From Aulosira sp. ZfuVER01 (GTDB lineage: Bacteria > Cyanobacteriota > Cyanobacteriia > Cyanobacteriales > Nostocaceae), in the NCBI GenBank assembly GCA_034530615.2, contig JAVRCV020000008.1, forward strand, positions 160,001 to 224,000: 64,000 bases of DNA, read 5' to 3'. The translations under genes and the position numbers were made by a program. The number at the start of each line of letters is the position of its first letter. Position 1 is the first letter of the stretch. The notes beneath the pieces were generated by a model that saw nothing but the letters and a program-made list of their open reading frames with translations, was not told where the DNA came from and did not search any database. Shown here piece after piece: positions 21,901 through 32,199 of the stretch.

Positions 21901-22100
21901 TGCAGCGTTCAGTACAATTACGTAATGGGACAATTGTACCTTTAGGGTTTATCCAAGTTTCCTTACTCAAGCGCCTGAGACAGTCACGCAATAATGCTCC
22001 ATCTGGGGTGATCCACTCCCGTTACAGCAAGGGTGAATTATTGCGAGGAGCATTACTAACTATTAACGGGATTGCCGCAGGTATGAGAAATACAGGCTGA
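18978..22100 (+). CDS. ppc: Phosphoenolpyruvate carboxylase (probable start ATG 19035)
   Basis: [55 protein letters not shown]-terminal GMRNTG. Confidence 0.98.
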   Translation: MLLTEHSIQNNNCLARIENMSSLLYSLSQAANIYPASELFLRHRLQIVEELWESVLRQECGQKMVDLLGQLRDLCSPEGQATHDQASSAVKLIEQLNINEAIRAARAFALYFQLINIIEQEYEQRQQLTRYSQAETEIEDPEILPNVSYSTNQRENDAPVNRGIGADLLAKSWLAKEKDKQKGTFAALFPHLFKLNVPPQQIQRLIAQLDVRLVFTAHPTEIVRHTIRDKQRQVVSLLQQLDTVENRSGGTTGGYPWEAAEIQEKLLEEIRLWWRTDELHQFKPTVLDEVDYALHYFQEVLFDGIPQLHKRIKYALNKTFPWLEPPQKNFCSFGSWVGSDRDGNPSVTPEITWQTACYQRKMVLERYIQSVKQLIELLSVSMHWSDVLPDLLESLELDQSQLSEIYDALALRYRQEPYRLKLSYVLRRLENTRDRNLALYKRETPKNEDKPMYRSGSEFLAELRMIQRNLTETGLSCRELENLIAQVEIFGFNLTQLDIRQESSRHSDALNEILEYLQVLPQSYNELSEAQRVAWLTGELQTRRPLIPSELPFSEKTNDVIETFRIVRSLQQEFGVHICQTYIISMCREVSDVLEVLLLAKEARLFDPAIAVGTIQVVPLFETVEDLQRSRSVMRQLFELPLYRALLAGGYQQVEDKEDKATSSTHATCPLTLNLQEVMLGYSDSNKDSGFLSSNWEIHKAQKSLQHIAEEYGVNLRIFHGRGGSVGRGGGPAYEAILAQPGHSINGRIKITEQGEVLASKYSLLDLALYNLETITTAVIQASLLKTGFDDIEPWNEIMEELAARSRTHYRALIYEQPDFIDFFHQVTPIEEISQLQISSRPARRPSGKKDLSSLRAIPWVFSWTQTRFLLPSWYGVGTALQEFLQAEPEEHLKLMQYFYLKWPFFKMVISKAEMTLAKVDMQMAQHYVQELSNPEDKPRFEKVFEQIASEYYLTKELVLKITGHNRLLDGDPVLQRSVQLRNGTIVPLGFIQVSLLKRLRQSRNNAPSGVIHSRYSKGELLRGALLTINGIAAGMRNTG

Positions 22101-22111
22101 TTTGCTAAATG

Positions 22112-22160
22112 GAGTCAAGAGTCCATAATCTAAGATTTTTTGACTCTTGACTCTTGACTC
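22112..22160. repeat. Inverted heptamer STRR pair (GAGTCAA / TTGACTC) forming a hairpin after ppc
   Basis: gagtcaagagtc ... ttgactcttgactcttgactc. Confidence 0.65.
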
Positions 22161-22174
22161 TAAAAAAATAACTT

Positions 22175-22429
22175 ATGATTAAAAATCGAATTTTAATATG
22201 CACCTTAGTGGCGCTATCATCAGGATTTTTTGGTAGTTACATCTTCGGACAAATTACCCTAACGCTACATAGCCAGAGATGTCAAAATCAGACTTGGGCT
22301 TTAAAGCAATTGTGCAATACTTGGGCGACAACAAATGCAATGTGGCAAGGTAGCACAACCGGATTATGGATGAGCACAGTCTTAGGAGCATTTGTCGCTG
22401 GATTGGCAACACAGCAAAATCGTAATTAG
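22175..22429 (+). CDS. Hypothetical small membrane protein
   Basis: Two hydrophobic segments flanking a C-x9-C loop. Confidence 0.6.
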   Translation: MIKNRILICTLVALSSGFFGSYIFGQITLTLHSQRCQNQTWALKQLCNTWATTNAMWQGSTTGLWMSTVLGAFVAGLATQQNRN

Positions 22430-22458
22430 TCTACAGTACATGGCTTTAAGATAATTGA

Positions 22459-22848
22459 CTATTGACTATCCGTTGAAGCGGTGGGTGTTTGCAAATTACT
22501 CAGAGTCTTCCAAGATTGAGTACTGCTATCGTAACAGTGCCATTTTCCGCTTTTAACTTCTCGATAGCAAAATAGAGTGCGATCGTGTCCATCAAGATAA
22601 TCGGTTAAATAATAGACAATTCCTCTAAAAGGATAAGTTTTACGGCTGAGTCGCTTGGCTACTGCTTGGTTTGGACACTCAACGACGAAAACAGGCTTTC
22701 CATCCAGGTGAGCCAAAGAGAATATACACATCCGCAAAATGGCTCTAAGCCAACTTTCAGAGTGGTCAAAATAATCATCGATGATTTTGTTAGTCAGAGC
22801 TTGTTCGAGAGTACGGTCTTGGTTTTGGGGCGTTTGAGCGTCAGACAT
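22459..22848 (-). CDS. Hypothetical protein (cyanobacterial family)
   Basis: 129-aa ORF with ATG, globular composition, VVECPNQAVAKRL motif. Confidence 0.65.
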   Translation of the reverse strand: MSDAQTPQNQDRTLEQALTNKIIDDYFDHSESWLRAILRMCIFSLAHLDGKPVFVVECPNQAVAKRLSRKTYPFRGIVYYLTDYLDGHDRTLFCYREVKSGKWHCYDSSTQSWKTLSNLQTPTASTDSQ

Positions 22849-22981
22849 AGCATTACCTATAGCTACACCGATGGTTTGAGATTAAACCAAAATCTTGAAA
22901 AGTGACAAGAGTACAGTCACCTTTAAAGCCACGGTCAGGATGGCTGGTAAAATATACTCATAGCCTTATGAGCAAATTTTC

Positions 22982-23287
22982 ATGACTGCTGAAACTAATC
23001 AAGTAAATCAAACAACCACAGGTGCTGATGCTATTGACGAAGCGATCGCACAGGGAATTGATTTTGACGGTTCTCCCATTCCAACCGCCAAGCTGGAACT
23101 ATACAACAAAGTCATGGCACTAGAGGCAAATAGACAGCGTAGCGGCGTATCGAATACCATGCGATCGCGCATTGTCCGAATTGGTGCAAAACATATTCAC
23201 CAAGCTGAACTCGATACATTGCTAGTAGATGCTGGTTTTGCGCCGTTAAAAGAAAAAGAAATTGCCTTTTTCTACGGTGGAAAATAG
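22982..23287 (+). CDS. DUF4090 family protein
   Basis: GIDFDGSPIP, RQRSGVSNTMRSRIVRIGAKH, LKEKEIAFFY. Confidence 0.8.
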   Translation: MTAETNQVNQTTTGADAIDEAIAQGIDFDGSPIPTAKLELYNKVMALEANRQRSGVSNTMRSRIVRIGAKHIHQAELDTLLVDAGFAPLKEKEIAFFYGGK

Positions 23288-23393
23288 CAATATAATTCGC
23301 AGTTTATAAGTCGTAATTCGTAGTTACAACAAATGCTGGCACTCAGAAAATCCAACTAAATTTTTAATTTAGTCTTAGTTTTCTTATTCTTTT

Positions 23394-23426
23394 AATTACG
23401 AATTACGAATTACGAATTACGAATTA
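23394..23426. repeat. Heptamer STRR (AATTACG)x4+ with inverted partial copy at 23312-23325
   Basis: Direct reading of the tandem array. Confidence 0.9.
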
Positions 23427-23447
23427 GAAATTATTTATTCAATTTTA

Positions 23448-23747
23448 TTGGTAAAGTCACCCATGCCGAAAGCAATTTGGAATAGCGCTATTTTAGCCGA
23501 GAGCGATAACACTATAGTTGTAGAAGGTAATCATTACTTTCCGCCTGAGGCTATTAACAAAGAGTATTTCAAAGAAAGTAATACCCACACTACTTGCCCT
23601 TGGAAAGGTGTTGCTAGTTACTACAGTATCGAAGTGAATGGGCAAGTTAATCAAGATGCTGCTTGGTACTACCCTAGTACCAAGGAGAAAGCAAAAAATA
23701 TTGAAGGCTATGTTGCTTTCTGGCGTGGTGTCAAAGTCGAAGCTTAG
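23448..23747 (+). CDS. DUF427 domain protein (probable start ATG 23463)
   Basis: AESDNTIVVEGNHYFPP, TTCPWKGVASYY, AAWYYP. Confidence 0.88.
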   Translation: MVKSPMPKAIWNSAILAESDNTIVVEGNHYFPPEAINKEYFKESNTHTTCPWKGVASYYSIEVNGQVNQDAAWYYPSTKEKAKNIEGYVAFWRGVKVEA

Positions 23748-23813
23748 TAGAAATTAATTTTTTCCCAACTCCTGAAAGTAATTTTTCAGTAGCCATAATT
23801 TTGTCGATTTTAT

Positions 23814-23839
23814 TGGTGGTTGATAAAACTCAACCACCA
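23814..23839. terminator. Hairpin between convergent genes
   Basis: tggtggttga-taaaac-tcaaccacca perfect 10-bp stem. Confidence 0.65.
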
Positions 23840-23861
23840 GAATCTTGAAATATTTTTTGAT

Positions 23862-24440
23862 TCATCTATTTGTCAAACGCAATATCATCTGACGTTTTTG
23901 ACGTAATAGCGTTCCTTCTTCTTCAAATTGCTGTAGAAGACGTGTTACCGTTACTCTTGTTGTATTTAATACTTCTGCCATTTCTTGATGAGTAGCATTC
24001 AGGTCAATAAGTTTACCCTGTTCTACCTCACGACCAAACTTCCAGCTTAACCAAACTAAAAATTGCCACAAACGCAGAGACATAGGCTTACAATGCACTA
24101 TGCTTAAAAGTTCCTCTGCCTGTTGAATGTGAGAAAGTAAAGCGCTAACATCTTGATACCAAAGATGAGGTGGTACTATGCTGACTTCTACATTAGTTAA
24201 GCACTCAATTTGGTAAGGCTTGACTTTAGACAAAGGAGAACCGATTAAATCTCCAGCACCCCAGTAACCCAAAGTAATAAATGTGCCTTCCTCACTCCAG
24301 GTTAAGGTGCGAACTGCACCACGTTCGATTCGCCACAGTACATCGTTGCGTGGGGGTATCATTTCGCGCCTGGTAAATAAGCGATGGGGAATTTGTTCTT
24401 TAATTACAGAGTCATAAGACACATTAGCAGAATAGATCAT
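23862..24440 (-). CDS. Crp/Fnr family transcriptional regulator (CysR-like)
   Basis: LWRIERGAVRTLTWSEEG..LGYWGAGD and HTH THQEMAEVLNTTRVTVTRLL. Confidence 0.88.
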   Translation of the reverse strand: MIYSANVSYDSVIKEQIPHRLFTRREMIPPRNDVLWRIERGAVRTLTWSEEGTFITLGYWGAGDLIGSPLSKVKPYQIECLTNVEVSIVPPHLWYQDVSALLSHIQQAEELLSIVHCKPMSLRLWQFLVWLSWKFGREVEQGKLIDLNATHQEMAEVLNTTRVTVTRLLQQFEEEGTLLRQKRQMILRLTNR

Positions 24441-24799
24441 AGAAATATTTGGGTAGAGAAAATTGTGGAGTTGCTTTAGAAGTTATCGGAATTAGCTTAG
24501 ATGTAAGAATTGGCTTAGGATAATTTAATACTGGCCATGACATCAGCCTAAGCAGATTTAGCACATATATCATCTATGTGTAAATATCAAGATACCAGTC
24601 AAGCATAGTTATTCTCTGGTTATCCATAACACAGAAGTAAATAAATCACTATACCTTTATCGAAAGTTTGGAGTGGATTGACAGAATTATTTACATTGGC
24701 TTTGACTGTAAAGCAACGGGCAATGGTATTGAAAATAGAAAACAGAGAATTGCTAACAAGTGCAGATTTTTTACAACAGCGCTGAAAACACGACAAACA

Positions 24800-25147
24800 G
24801 AGAAGTCTGAGCGCCGAAAGCCGACGTTCAGACTTTAAAGAAGGAAGACAAAGTAGAAAAAGCTTGTTCCTGTCTTCAAATGAGTGCCTTAACTCACCCT
24901 TTCAAAAAAAACCTACACGTGTAAGAGGGTATCAACCTTCTCTTAACAAAAAAATTCTATGTACCAAGGTTCAGTCGTCTCTGCTGTAGGGGAGATCAGA
25001 CAAAAACTTGGCGGAAGTCTAAGTTGCGGTACTCGCTTATACGGTGGAGTGGTTCACTTGATGCTAATGAGCATCGCTTTAGCATCCTCAGTAAAAAAAG
25101 CTGTTTTTATCTTCAACAGCAGAAACTGTTAAAAAGCTGTTGTTTAT
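24800..25147 (+). ncRNA. Candidate large structured ncRNA
   Basis: About seven consecutive hairpins with G-U pairs on the + strand, higher GC than neighbouring intergenic DNA, terminator-like caacagc/gctgttg-tttatt at the end. Confidence 0.45.
25092..25120 (-). terminator. Terminator of the RHH-TOBE gene
   Basis: Minus strand GCTGTT-gaagataaa-AACAGC-TTTTTTT. Confidence 0.65.
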
Positions 25148-25581
25148 TCCCTAGCAATCACAATATCGTTGGACTTAATTACTGCATAGGCTTCAGTTCC
25201 CTCAGTCAAACCCAACTCCTCTGCTGAGACTCTAGTAATCATAGAGGTGAGTTCAACTTTGTGAACAATCTCTAGAGTCACTTCAGTATTAACAGCTCCT
25301 GTAACTACTCGTTTAACAACTCCCTTGAGGATATTACGCGAACTAACTTTTAATGGTTTCTTTTGACTACTAATTTCTACCTCAGCAGTGTAAACATCTT
25401 TTTTCACATCCTGTTTAGTGGATGGCGATACTGCTGGTGAAGAGTGCTGACTAAGACCGCGGACCAATTCTCGTAAAATTTCAGTCTTAGTACGCTGAGA
25501 CTGGTTGCAGAACTCTTCCAGTATTTTGCGCTCTTCTTCTGAAGTTTGAAATGTTACCCACCCTTGTTCTTTTCTTGGCAT
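25144..25581 (-). CDS. CopG/RHH-type DNA-binding domain fused to a TOBE (Mop) oxyanion-binding domain
   Basis: N-term VTFQTSEEERKILEEFC..RTKTEILRELVRGL; C-term VSSRNILKG..ELTSMITRVSAEELGL..AYAVIKS. Confidence 0.85.
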   Translation of the reverse strand: MPRKEQGWVTFQTSEEERKILEEFCNQSQRTKTEILRELVRGLSQHSSPAVSPSTKQDVKKDVYTAEVEISSQKKPLKVSSRNILKGVVKRVVTGAVNTEVTLEIVHKVELTSMITRVSAEELGLTEGTEAYAVIKSNDIVIARE

Positions 25582-25663
25582 AGTTTTACCAATTTAGTTG
25601 GTATATACTTTTGATCTTGCTACGATCCTACCAAGGGTGAATACTCTGAAACTGACAACGAAT

Positions 25664-28600
25664 TTAATTATGAGATGCGACTGCGCCATCTGCGGAAATA
25701 ATGATGTCTTGTAATGTTCTTAGTAACTCTTGTTCGTTATAAGGTTTAGAGAAATAGGCACGTGCGCCCAATTGAATTGCCAGTTGACGATGTTTATCAC
25801 TACTGCGAGAGGTTAACATCGCAATGGGAATATTTTTCATCTCATCACTGGATTTGATCCGACCTAAAAAGCCATAACCATCAAGACGAGGCATTTCGAT
25901 ATCGCAGATTACAGCCTGAACTTGGAGTCCACTCTGAAGCTTTTCTAAAGCATCTTGACCATCTTTTGCTTGTTCGACTTGATACCCTCCTTTTTCGAGA
26001 GTTAAGGCTAAAAAGCGTCGCACATTAATCGAGTCATCGACGATCAAAATAGTGCTTTTCTTGGTGGAAGCAGGCACTAGTTGTTTGTCATCCTGGGGAA
26101 AAAGGAATGCTGTTGTTAATCGAGCTGATGGTAATTGATTGTTTCTCGAAGTCCGCTGATTACTAGCAATTCCATATAGTAATTCATTGGTATTTACGAG
26201 TGCGACTACCCGACCATCACCGAGAATAGTACAGTTACCAAAGCCTTGTGGTAGAGAGATATTGCCTTCTACTTGTCGAATAGCAACTTCTTGCTCGCCC
26301 CAACAACGGTCTATTTGTATAGCTACTGATTGATTACTGCTTTTCACTATTAATACACTGCTGGCATTAATAGCTGGAGGGGTTTCCAACTCTGGGCTAT
26401 CGTAGCGAGGGCCATTAAACTCTAAATAGCTACTGAGGCGAATTAACGGTAGCATTGTTCCTTGCCAATTGATAAATTCGCTACCTGCGATCGCAAAAAC
26501 CTGTTCGTTTTGCAGTAAAAATATCTCGGAAACGACATCTGTAGGAAATGCCAATAGCATCCTGCTACTTTCCACTAACAACACTCGTGCTACTGAAAGT
26601 GTAAATGGTACTGCTAGGGTAAAGGTAGTTCCAACTCCTAGCTCAGTATCAACTTTAATATCGCCCCGTACTTGTTTGAGGTTGTTGCGTACTACATCCA
26701 TGCCAACACCGCGGCCAGATAGGGCTGTCACTTGGTCGGAGGTGGTAAACCCTGGTTCAAAAATTAGTGATAATAGTTCTTCATCACTAGCACTATTTAA
26801 CAAGGAAGCATCTAACCCCATCGCTAGTGCCCGAGCGCGAATTTTCTCTAAAGAAATACCCCGACCATCGTCACGGATAGTAATGATTGTGCGATCGCGG
26901 CGGTGAGTGGCTTTAATTTCAATCAAGCCTTGTTCTGGTTTACTCAAGTTGCTGCGAGTAGCTGGATCTTCAATACCATGATCGAAGGCATTCCTTAACA
27001 GGTGCATTAAAGGCTCATTCAAAGCCTCCAAAATGCCACGTTCAATCAAGGTGTTACCACCTTCAATTTTTAACTGCACATTTTTGCCATACTCAACATT
27101 TAAATCGCGTAAGGCTCGCGGAAAACGCTCAACTAAATCTGATAGGGGGCGCATCCTGACCTGTGTCAGCTTAGTCTGCAACTGTTTTGATGTTTTATTC
27201 AGCTTGCGAGCTATATGATCTGTATCATCAACGCTGAGTTGCACATCAGTTGTGACTTCTTGTACTTGCACAATGGTTTCCATAACTTCCTGCGACAGCA
27301 GGTTTAATTCGTTATAGCGATCCATTTCTAAGACATCAAAGTTAGTGCTGATGTCTTGCGGATGAGGTCGATCGTCTGGAAATGACAGCACACCAGATGA
27401 ACCTACAGATGAAGTAGAAATTTTATCGTAGGCTGCCCGTAGTTCTTGATTTTCGCGATCGAGACTTTGGACGCGCTGGCTGAGATTACGGACAAGTTTG
27501 CGTAATCTTTCGAGTTGTAAGTTCAGCCCATTTCGCTGAATAATCAGTTCTCCAAATAAATCATTGATTTGCTCAAGTTGCTTACTGGGAACTCGGACTG
27601 TATTTTCATGAATCTCACGGTCTTTGCCATTAGCACCATTAGCAATTGGCTCGGCTTTGCGTTCGATGAGTTTGTAATCTGTTGCAGGAATTTCGCGAGC
27701 AGTTACTATCCTGGGATTGAGGAAATTGACTGGCTCGGCAATATTATCCGCAAACTCTACATCTAAAGTTTCAAAACGGGCGGGAACGATCGCATCTTCT
27801 TCGCTCCAAGTTTCCTCAGTTGCTTCTGATGCCAAGAAATCGGTGGCGAGAAGTTCTGGTGCATCTGTGGCGAAAAACTCTGCGTTTCCCGCAGGGGTTG
27901 CTGTTCGCAGAGTGTCTCCCGCTGCTTGTTTGGGCAAGAGATTGGCTAGCTCGTCTAATTTTAGCTCTGTAGGTAGACTATCTAGTTGATGTGTCAGAAC
28001 TAAAGCTTGCGATCGCCGCCATGCTTGCAACGCTAACTGGGCAATTTCTGCAATTTGGTTGGAGTTAGCAGTTTCTAAGTGATGTGTGATTGACTCGCAA
28101 AGCTGGGTAAAAGCTGTCAATTGCAGCATTTCCCCTAAACCGCCCAACTCAGCCGCCATGATTGTCACTTCTTCCTGCAAACAAGGCTGTGTTGGATCTG
28201 CTAATACAGATTCTAGGCGCTGCAAACACCCTTCCACTTCTGTTTCAAACAGCAAAGGAATGATGTCTTGCCCTTCTTCTGGTGAAAGCATGGTTGTAGC
28301 GTCTTCCGGAACCGGGTCGCCCAAACGCTCGTGCAGCTCGTCAAAAACTGGGTAACAAAAGGTTTGTAACCACTGCTCTTCGATCGCATTTCCTTCTGAG
28401 AGCAATTCGACTATTTGACGCAACCAGTCAACACCAGATAACAGTAAACTTTGTAACTGTGTGTCAATTTCTAAAGAATTTTTCCGAGTTTTTAAGACTT
28501 TAAAAGAATCTTCTAAACGGTGTGCTAAATCGCTGAGGGTGCGAAATCCCATCATTCCCGCACCACCTTTGATGGAATGAGCTGCTCGTAGTGCCCCGTT

Positions 28601-28726
28601 GATTTTATCTGAGTCGATGCGATTACTGGTATCGATTTCTAGCAGTACCCCTTCTAGGGTATTGAGATAATCAGTGGCTTCTTCCAGAAACTGCATCTGG
28701 ATTTCCAGTTCTTTGTCCTGTGACAT
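25664..28726 (-). CDS. CheA-like hybrid histidine kinase (Hpt-dimer-HATPase-CheW-REC)
   Basis: AHSIKGGA Hpt; HLLRNAFDHGIE, DDGRG, SGRGVGMDVV; C-terminal REC IVDDS..CDIEMP. Confidence 0.95.
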   Translation of the reverse strand: MSQDKELEIQMQFLEEATDYLNTLEGVLLEIDTSNRIDSDKINGALRAAHSIKGGAGMMGFRTLSDLAHRLEDSFKVLKTRKNSLEIDTQLQSLLLSGVDWLRQIVELLSEGNAIEEQWLQTFCYPVFDELHERLGDPVPEDATTMLSPEEGQDIIPLLFETEVEGCLQRLESVLADPTQPCLQEEVTIMAAELGGLGEMLQLTAFTQLCESITHHLETANSNQIAEIAQLALQAWRRSQALVLTHQLDSLPTELKLDELANLLPKQAAGDTLRTATPAGNAEFFATDAPELLATDFLASEATEETWSEEDAIVPARFETLDVEFADNIAEPVNFLNPRIVTAREIPATDYKLIERKAEPIANGANGKDREIHENTVRVPSKQLEQINDLFGELIIQRNGLNLQLERLRKLVRNLSQRVQSLDRENQELRAAYDKISTSSVGSSGVLSFPDDRPHPQDISTNFDVLEMDRYNELNLLSQEVMETIVQVQEVTTDVQLSVDDTDHIARKLNKTSKQLQTKLTQVRMRPLSDLVERFPRALRDLNVEYGKNVQLKIEGGNTLIERGILEALNEPLMHLLRNAFDHGIEDPATRSNLSKPEQGLIEIKATHRRDRTIITIRDDGRGISLEKIRARALAMGLDASLLNSASDEELLSLIFEPGFTTSDQVTALSGRGVGMDVVRNNLKQVRGDIKVDTELGVGTTFTLAVPFTLSVARVLLVESSRMLLAFPTDVVSEIFLLQNEQVFAIAGSEFINWQGTMLPLIRLSSYLEFNGPRYDSPELETPPAINASSVLIVKSSNQSVAIQIDRCWGEQEVAIRQVEGNISLPQGFGNCTILGDGRVVALVNTNELLYGIASNQRTSRNNQLPSARLTTAFLFPQDDKQLVPASTKKSTILIVDDSINVRRFLALTLEKGGYQVEQAKDGQDALEKLQSGLQVQAVICDIEMPRLDGYGFLGRIKSSDEMKNIPIAMLTSRSSDKHRQLAIQLGARAYFSKPYNEQELLRTLQDIIISADGAVASHN
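27880..27925 (-). repeat. SDR-like elements inserted in-frame in the CheA linker
   Basis: Minus strand GGAGACactctGCGAAC and ACCCCTGCGGGAAACGC match intergenic copies at 1752-1768 and coding copy at 55722-55738. Confidence 0.6.
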
Positions 28727-28810
28727 GGCTTTGGTTGGTTGTTAAGCGAATGCGCGTCTAATAGAGAATTTGGTTATCAGTTGTCTTTGTAATCAGCAAT
28801 GACAATAGAA

Positions 28811-31639
28811 CTAACTAACCTTAAATGTACCGACAGTCTCCTGCAACTCTTGGGAAATCTCCACCGTTTGTTGTAAAGATTCAGAAACTTGGCGAGAAGA
28901 ATCGCTAGTACGCTGTGAAACAGCCACAATTGCTTTCATCAAATTACTGACATTTTGGGAAGTTTCGACTTGCGATGCAGTCGCCAGAGAAATCGATTGT
29001 ACTAGTTCGTCAATTTGACGCGACACATCCAAAATCTGATTCAGACTCTGTTTAGCATCTTCGACAATGCGGGTGCCTTCGACTACTTGGGTGGTTCCTA
29101 CCTCCATCGCCTGCACAACTTCGCTGGTTTCCCGTTGGATGTTTTCAACAATTTGTTCAATTTCTTGGGTTGCAGCTGCACTTCTCACAGCTAATTCGCC
29201 CACCTCTTCAGCAACTACCGCGAAACCTTGACCTTCTTCACCTGCACGTGCAGCTTCAATACCAGCATTGATGGCTAGCAAATTAGTTTGGACAGCGATT
29301 TGGTTAATCAACGACACCACACGGGAAATTTGTTGCGAAGATTCGCCTAAACGCTTGACTTTCTTGGCAGTTTCACCAACAGTTTCTCGTAAAGAAAGAA
29401 TGTTTTGTACTGTCAAATCCATTGCTTGTCCACTTTTAGTTGCAGTGTGGGCAGCATTGTTGGCAATTACCGCAGCTTGTTGGGCGTTTTCGGCTACAGC
29501 TTGGATGGAATGAGTCATTTGGTCAACAGCATCCAAAGTACGATTGATTTCGGCGGCTTGGGTGAGCGCTTCTTCGGCTAGCTGGCGGATAGCTGCTTCG
29601 TTAGAACCAATAGCAGTATTTACTTGGGTAGCAGCTGTTTTAACTTGAGTGACAATATCTCGGAGGCTTTCCACAATCGAGTTAAAAAAGTCAGCGACAG
29701 TACCAATTTCTCCAGCTGTCACGTCAGCACGCACTGTTAAATCTCCGCTGGCTGCACCTTCTACATTACTCAACAATTCTAAAAGTTGGGTTTGCAGGGC
29801 TTCTTTTTGTTGTCTTTCTTCTTGCGTATCTTGTTGAGCAGCAGATTTGGCTTTTTCTAGTTCTTCTAGAAGCTTTGCTTGCTCTAGAGCATAACTGACT
29901 TGAATTGCGATCTTTGTAAATAAATCAATTTCTGACTGTTGCCAAATTCGGGGGCTTTCGCAATGATGCGCAATCAACAAACCGATAAGTTGTCCTTGTG
30001 TGGTAATCGGTGCGATCAAATTTGCTTTGACTGCAAACTGCTCCAACATATTAATGTAACAAGTTGCATTGGAGAGATTTGGCTCTTGATAAATGTTGGC
30101 GATCGCTCGAACTCGTCCTTGTTGATAATGTTCTACATAGCATTCGCCAAAACAGGGGTCGTCAATTCGCACGCCAATCATTTTCGGCCAATCTTCACTC
30201 ACAGATTCAGCAACAACTACGCCATCCCAGTTTTCGGGATTTAGCTGATAAATGATTACCCGGTCTGTTTTCAATGCTTGGCGAATTTCGTTAACTGCTG
30301 TTGTGTAAATATCTTCAGTTATGAGATTTTTCCGAATTTGCAGAGTGATATCTGCAATAACTTTGACTCTTTCTGCTTCTCGCTCTTGCTCTCGCAGTAA
30401 TAGCTGCAATTGCTCTGCCATTCGGTTAATATTTACACTCAAGATTCCTAATTCGTCTGCTCTTTGTACCTCTAGACGAGTATTGAGTTGACCGTCACCA
30501 AGTTTACTTACTGCTTCTGTAGCAATCAAAATTGGTTTTGTGGCTCGTTTAGCTAACCAAGCGGCGATCGCGGCTACGATGAATGCGGTTAATGCGGTAC
30601 CAATTGCGATCGTCCAAAATAATTGTCTTTGGGGCGCAAATGTAATTTCTGTATCAGTCGCAATGATGGCATCCCATTTCAAATCTGGTAAACCTTCAAT
30701 TTTGCGAGAAGGTACATAGCTCACAAGTTGCTGTGTTTTATCGAGTTTGTTAACTGTAATGAAACTATTGACCTTATTTTGCTCTTGGAGTTTACTTAAA
30801 CCCGGAAAATCTGCTTTAGCCTCTCTACCCTCTTGATTATTTTGTGTAGCTAGAAAGATTTTTCCTGATTTATCTAGTAAATTGTATTCATGCCCTTTCC
30901 CTGCATAGTTTTTGATATTCTCTTCTAGAGATTTTACGGGCATTCGCGTTCTCACCACGGCAATAGTTTGGCCTGTGACTTCGTCTTTAACAGGTGCAGC
31001 TATATGAATACTAACCAGTCCAGTAGTTTTTGATTTTTCTGGCTGACTAATAATGGGAGAATCCTGTTTAAGCGCGTCTTGAAAATACTGTCGATCCTTA
31101 TGGTTTTCTAGAGTCTCGCCTGTAGACTGGACAATGACGTTCCCTTCCAGATCGAATACAGCAATACTTTCATAAACTTTATAAGCCTTAACAATGCGAT
31201 CCAAAACTGCTTGCTTTTCTTGGGTACTGGTGATTTGTCTAACTTGGGGATTTGTCAAAAATGGCAGATTCGAGAGGACTTGAATATCTCCGTACCGTCC
31301 CAAGATGAAACGATTAACTTTGTCTAGCAATCCAATAGCTTCTGCTTGTTGCGCTTGGGTAATTTGCTGATTAATCGAGTTATTGGCAAAGCTATAAGCG
31401 ATCGCGCCAATTACCAAGGTCGGTAGAGTCCCGATGGCGATCGCTAATACTGTAGCTTTTGTGCCCAGACTGAGTCTATTAAAATAACTAGCTGCTTTCT
31501 TTACGAAAGAATTATTCGTAGTTTCATTAGTAAGTTTATGCGATTGTTTAACTGTAGTATTGGGAACTTTTTGAGATGAAATTAATGATGAGCGATTTTG
31601 TGTGTCACTACTCTTAGCCGTGTCAGTCTTATTAAACAT
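28811..31639 (-). CDS. Methyl-accepting taxis protein: dCache-HAMP-GAF(cyanobacteriochrome)-MCP (PixJ/PtxD-like)
   Basis: Two TMs with Cache, HAMP DELGILS, GAF with DPCF and [38 protein letters not shown]. Confidence 0.92.
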   Translation of the reverse strand: MFNKTDTAKSSDTQNRSSLISSQKVPNTTVKQSHKLTNETTNNSFVKKAASYFNRLSLGTKATVLAIAIGTLPTLVIGAIAYSFANNSINQQITQAQQAEAIGLLDKVNRFILGRYGDIQVLSNLPFLTNPQVRQITSTQEKQAVLDRIVKAYKVYESIAVFDLEGNVIVQSTGETLENHKDRQYFQDALKQDSPIISQPEKSKTTGLVSIHIAAPVKDEVTGQTIAVVRTRMPVKSLEENIKNYAGKGHEYNLLDKSGKIFLATQNNQEGREAKADFPGLSKLQEQNKVNSFITVNKLDKTQQLVSYVPSRKIEGLPDLKWDAIIATDTEITFAPQRQLFWTIAIGTALTAFIVAAIAAWLAKRATKPILIATEAVSKLGDGQLNTRLEVQRADELGILSVNINRMAEQLQLLLREQEREAERVKVIADITLQIRKNLITEDIYTTAVNEIRQALKTDRVIIYQLNPENWDGVVVAESVSEDWPKMIGVRIDDPCFGECYVEHYQQGRVRAIANIYQEPNLSNATCYINMLEQFAVKANLIAPITTQGQLIGLLIAHHCESPRIWQQSEIDLFTKIAIQVSYALEQAKLLEELEKAKSAAQQDTQEERQQKEALQTQLLELLSNVEGAASGDLTVRADVTAGEIGTVADFFNSIVESLRDIVTQVKTAATQVNTAIGSNEAAIRQLAEEALTQAAEINRTLDAVDQMTHSIQAVAENAQQAAVIANNAAHTATKSGQAMDLTVQNILSLRETVGETAKKVKRLGESSQQISRVVSLINQIAVQTNLLAINAGIEAARAGEEGQGFAVVAEEVGELAVRSAAATQEIEQIVENIQRETSEVVQAMEVGTTQVVEGTRIVEDAKQSLNQILDVSRQIDELVQSISLATASQVETSQNVSNLMKAIVAVSQRTSDSSRQVSESLQQTVEISQELQETVGTFKVS

Positions 31640-31697
31640 AAATTAATTTTAGATATGTGAATGAGAATCCTAAAAATCCTTTTTGTAGTAGTACACC

Positions 31698-32195
31698 CTA
31701 ATCACTGCGGAGAATAGAAGAATGGACAATAGCTTGTGCATCTAATACCAGTAATATCTCTTGTTCTTGCCCAACACATCCACATAGATACGGTACTAAA
31801 CTGGATGCTACCTGTCCTATGGGAGAACAAATTTCATCAGACAAGAACTTAGCTGTACCTTTTATCTCTTGTACAACTAAGCCTAAAAGCATTGATTCCA
31901 CCCGCACAACAATCACATTGTACTGCCGCATCCTATTGTCTAAAGATTCTAAATTGAGCATTCTTGGCAGATCTACTACCCAAATTATGCGACTGCGCCA
32001 ATTCATTAACCCTAGGATACAAGCAGGCATATTTGGCATGGAAGTAACAGACTCAACAGGCACAATAATCGCTTCTTGCGTGTGCTTCATAGATAAAATT
32101 GCCGCAGTCTGTTGATTTAGCTGAAACTTGATATAGCCATCTCCTAAATTATTTGGAATAGGTTTGGCAGAAAGTGCATTTTGTGGACTATTCAT
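31698..32195 (-). CDS. CheW-like coupling protein
   Basis: MPNMPACILGLMNWRSRIIWVVDL. Confidence 0.9.
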   Translation of the reverse strand: MNSPQNALSAKPIPNNLGDGYIKFQLNQQTAAILSMKHTQEAIIVPVESVTSMPNMPACILGLMNWRSRIIWVVDLPRMLNLESLDNRMRQYNVIVVRVESMLLGLVVQEIKGTAKFLSDEICSPIGQVASSLVPYLCGCVGQEQEILLVLDAQAIVHSSILRSD

Positions 32196-32199
32196 GGAT

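Noticed and set aside
23394..23426. CRISPR array
   Set aside because: This and the other tandem tracts are 7-9-nt units without spacers; no cas genes in the window
24616..24795. Cys-rich leader peptide (LSCFQRCC...) on minus strand upstream of the CysR-like gene
   Set aside because: Only a TTG start with no RBS, ends far from the Crp gene, and the nearby structure favours the + strand
25024..25227. 67-aa plus-strand ORF
   Set aside because: TTG start, crosses terminator hairpins and overlaps the TOBE gene antisense
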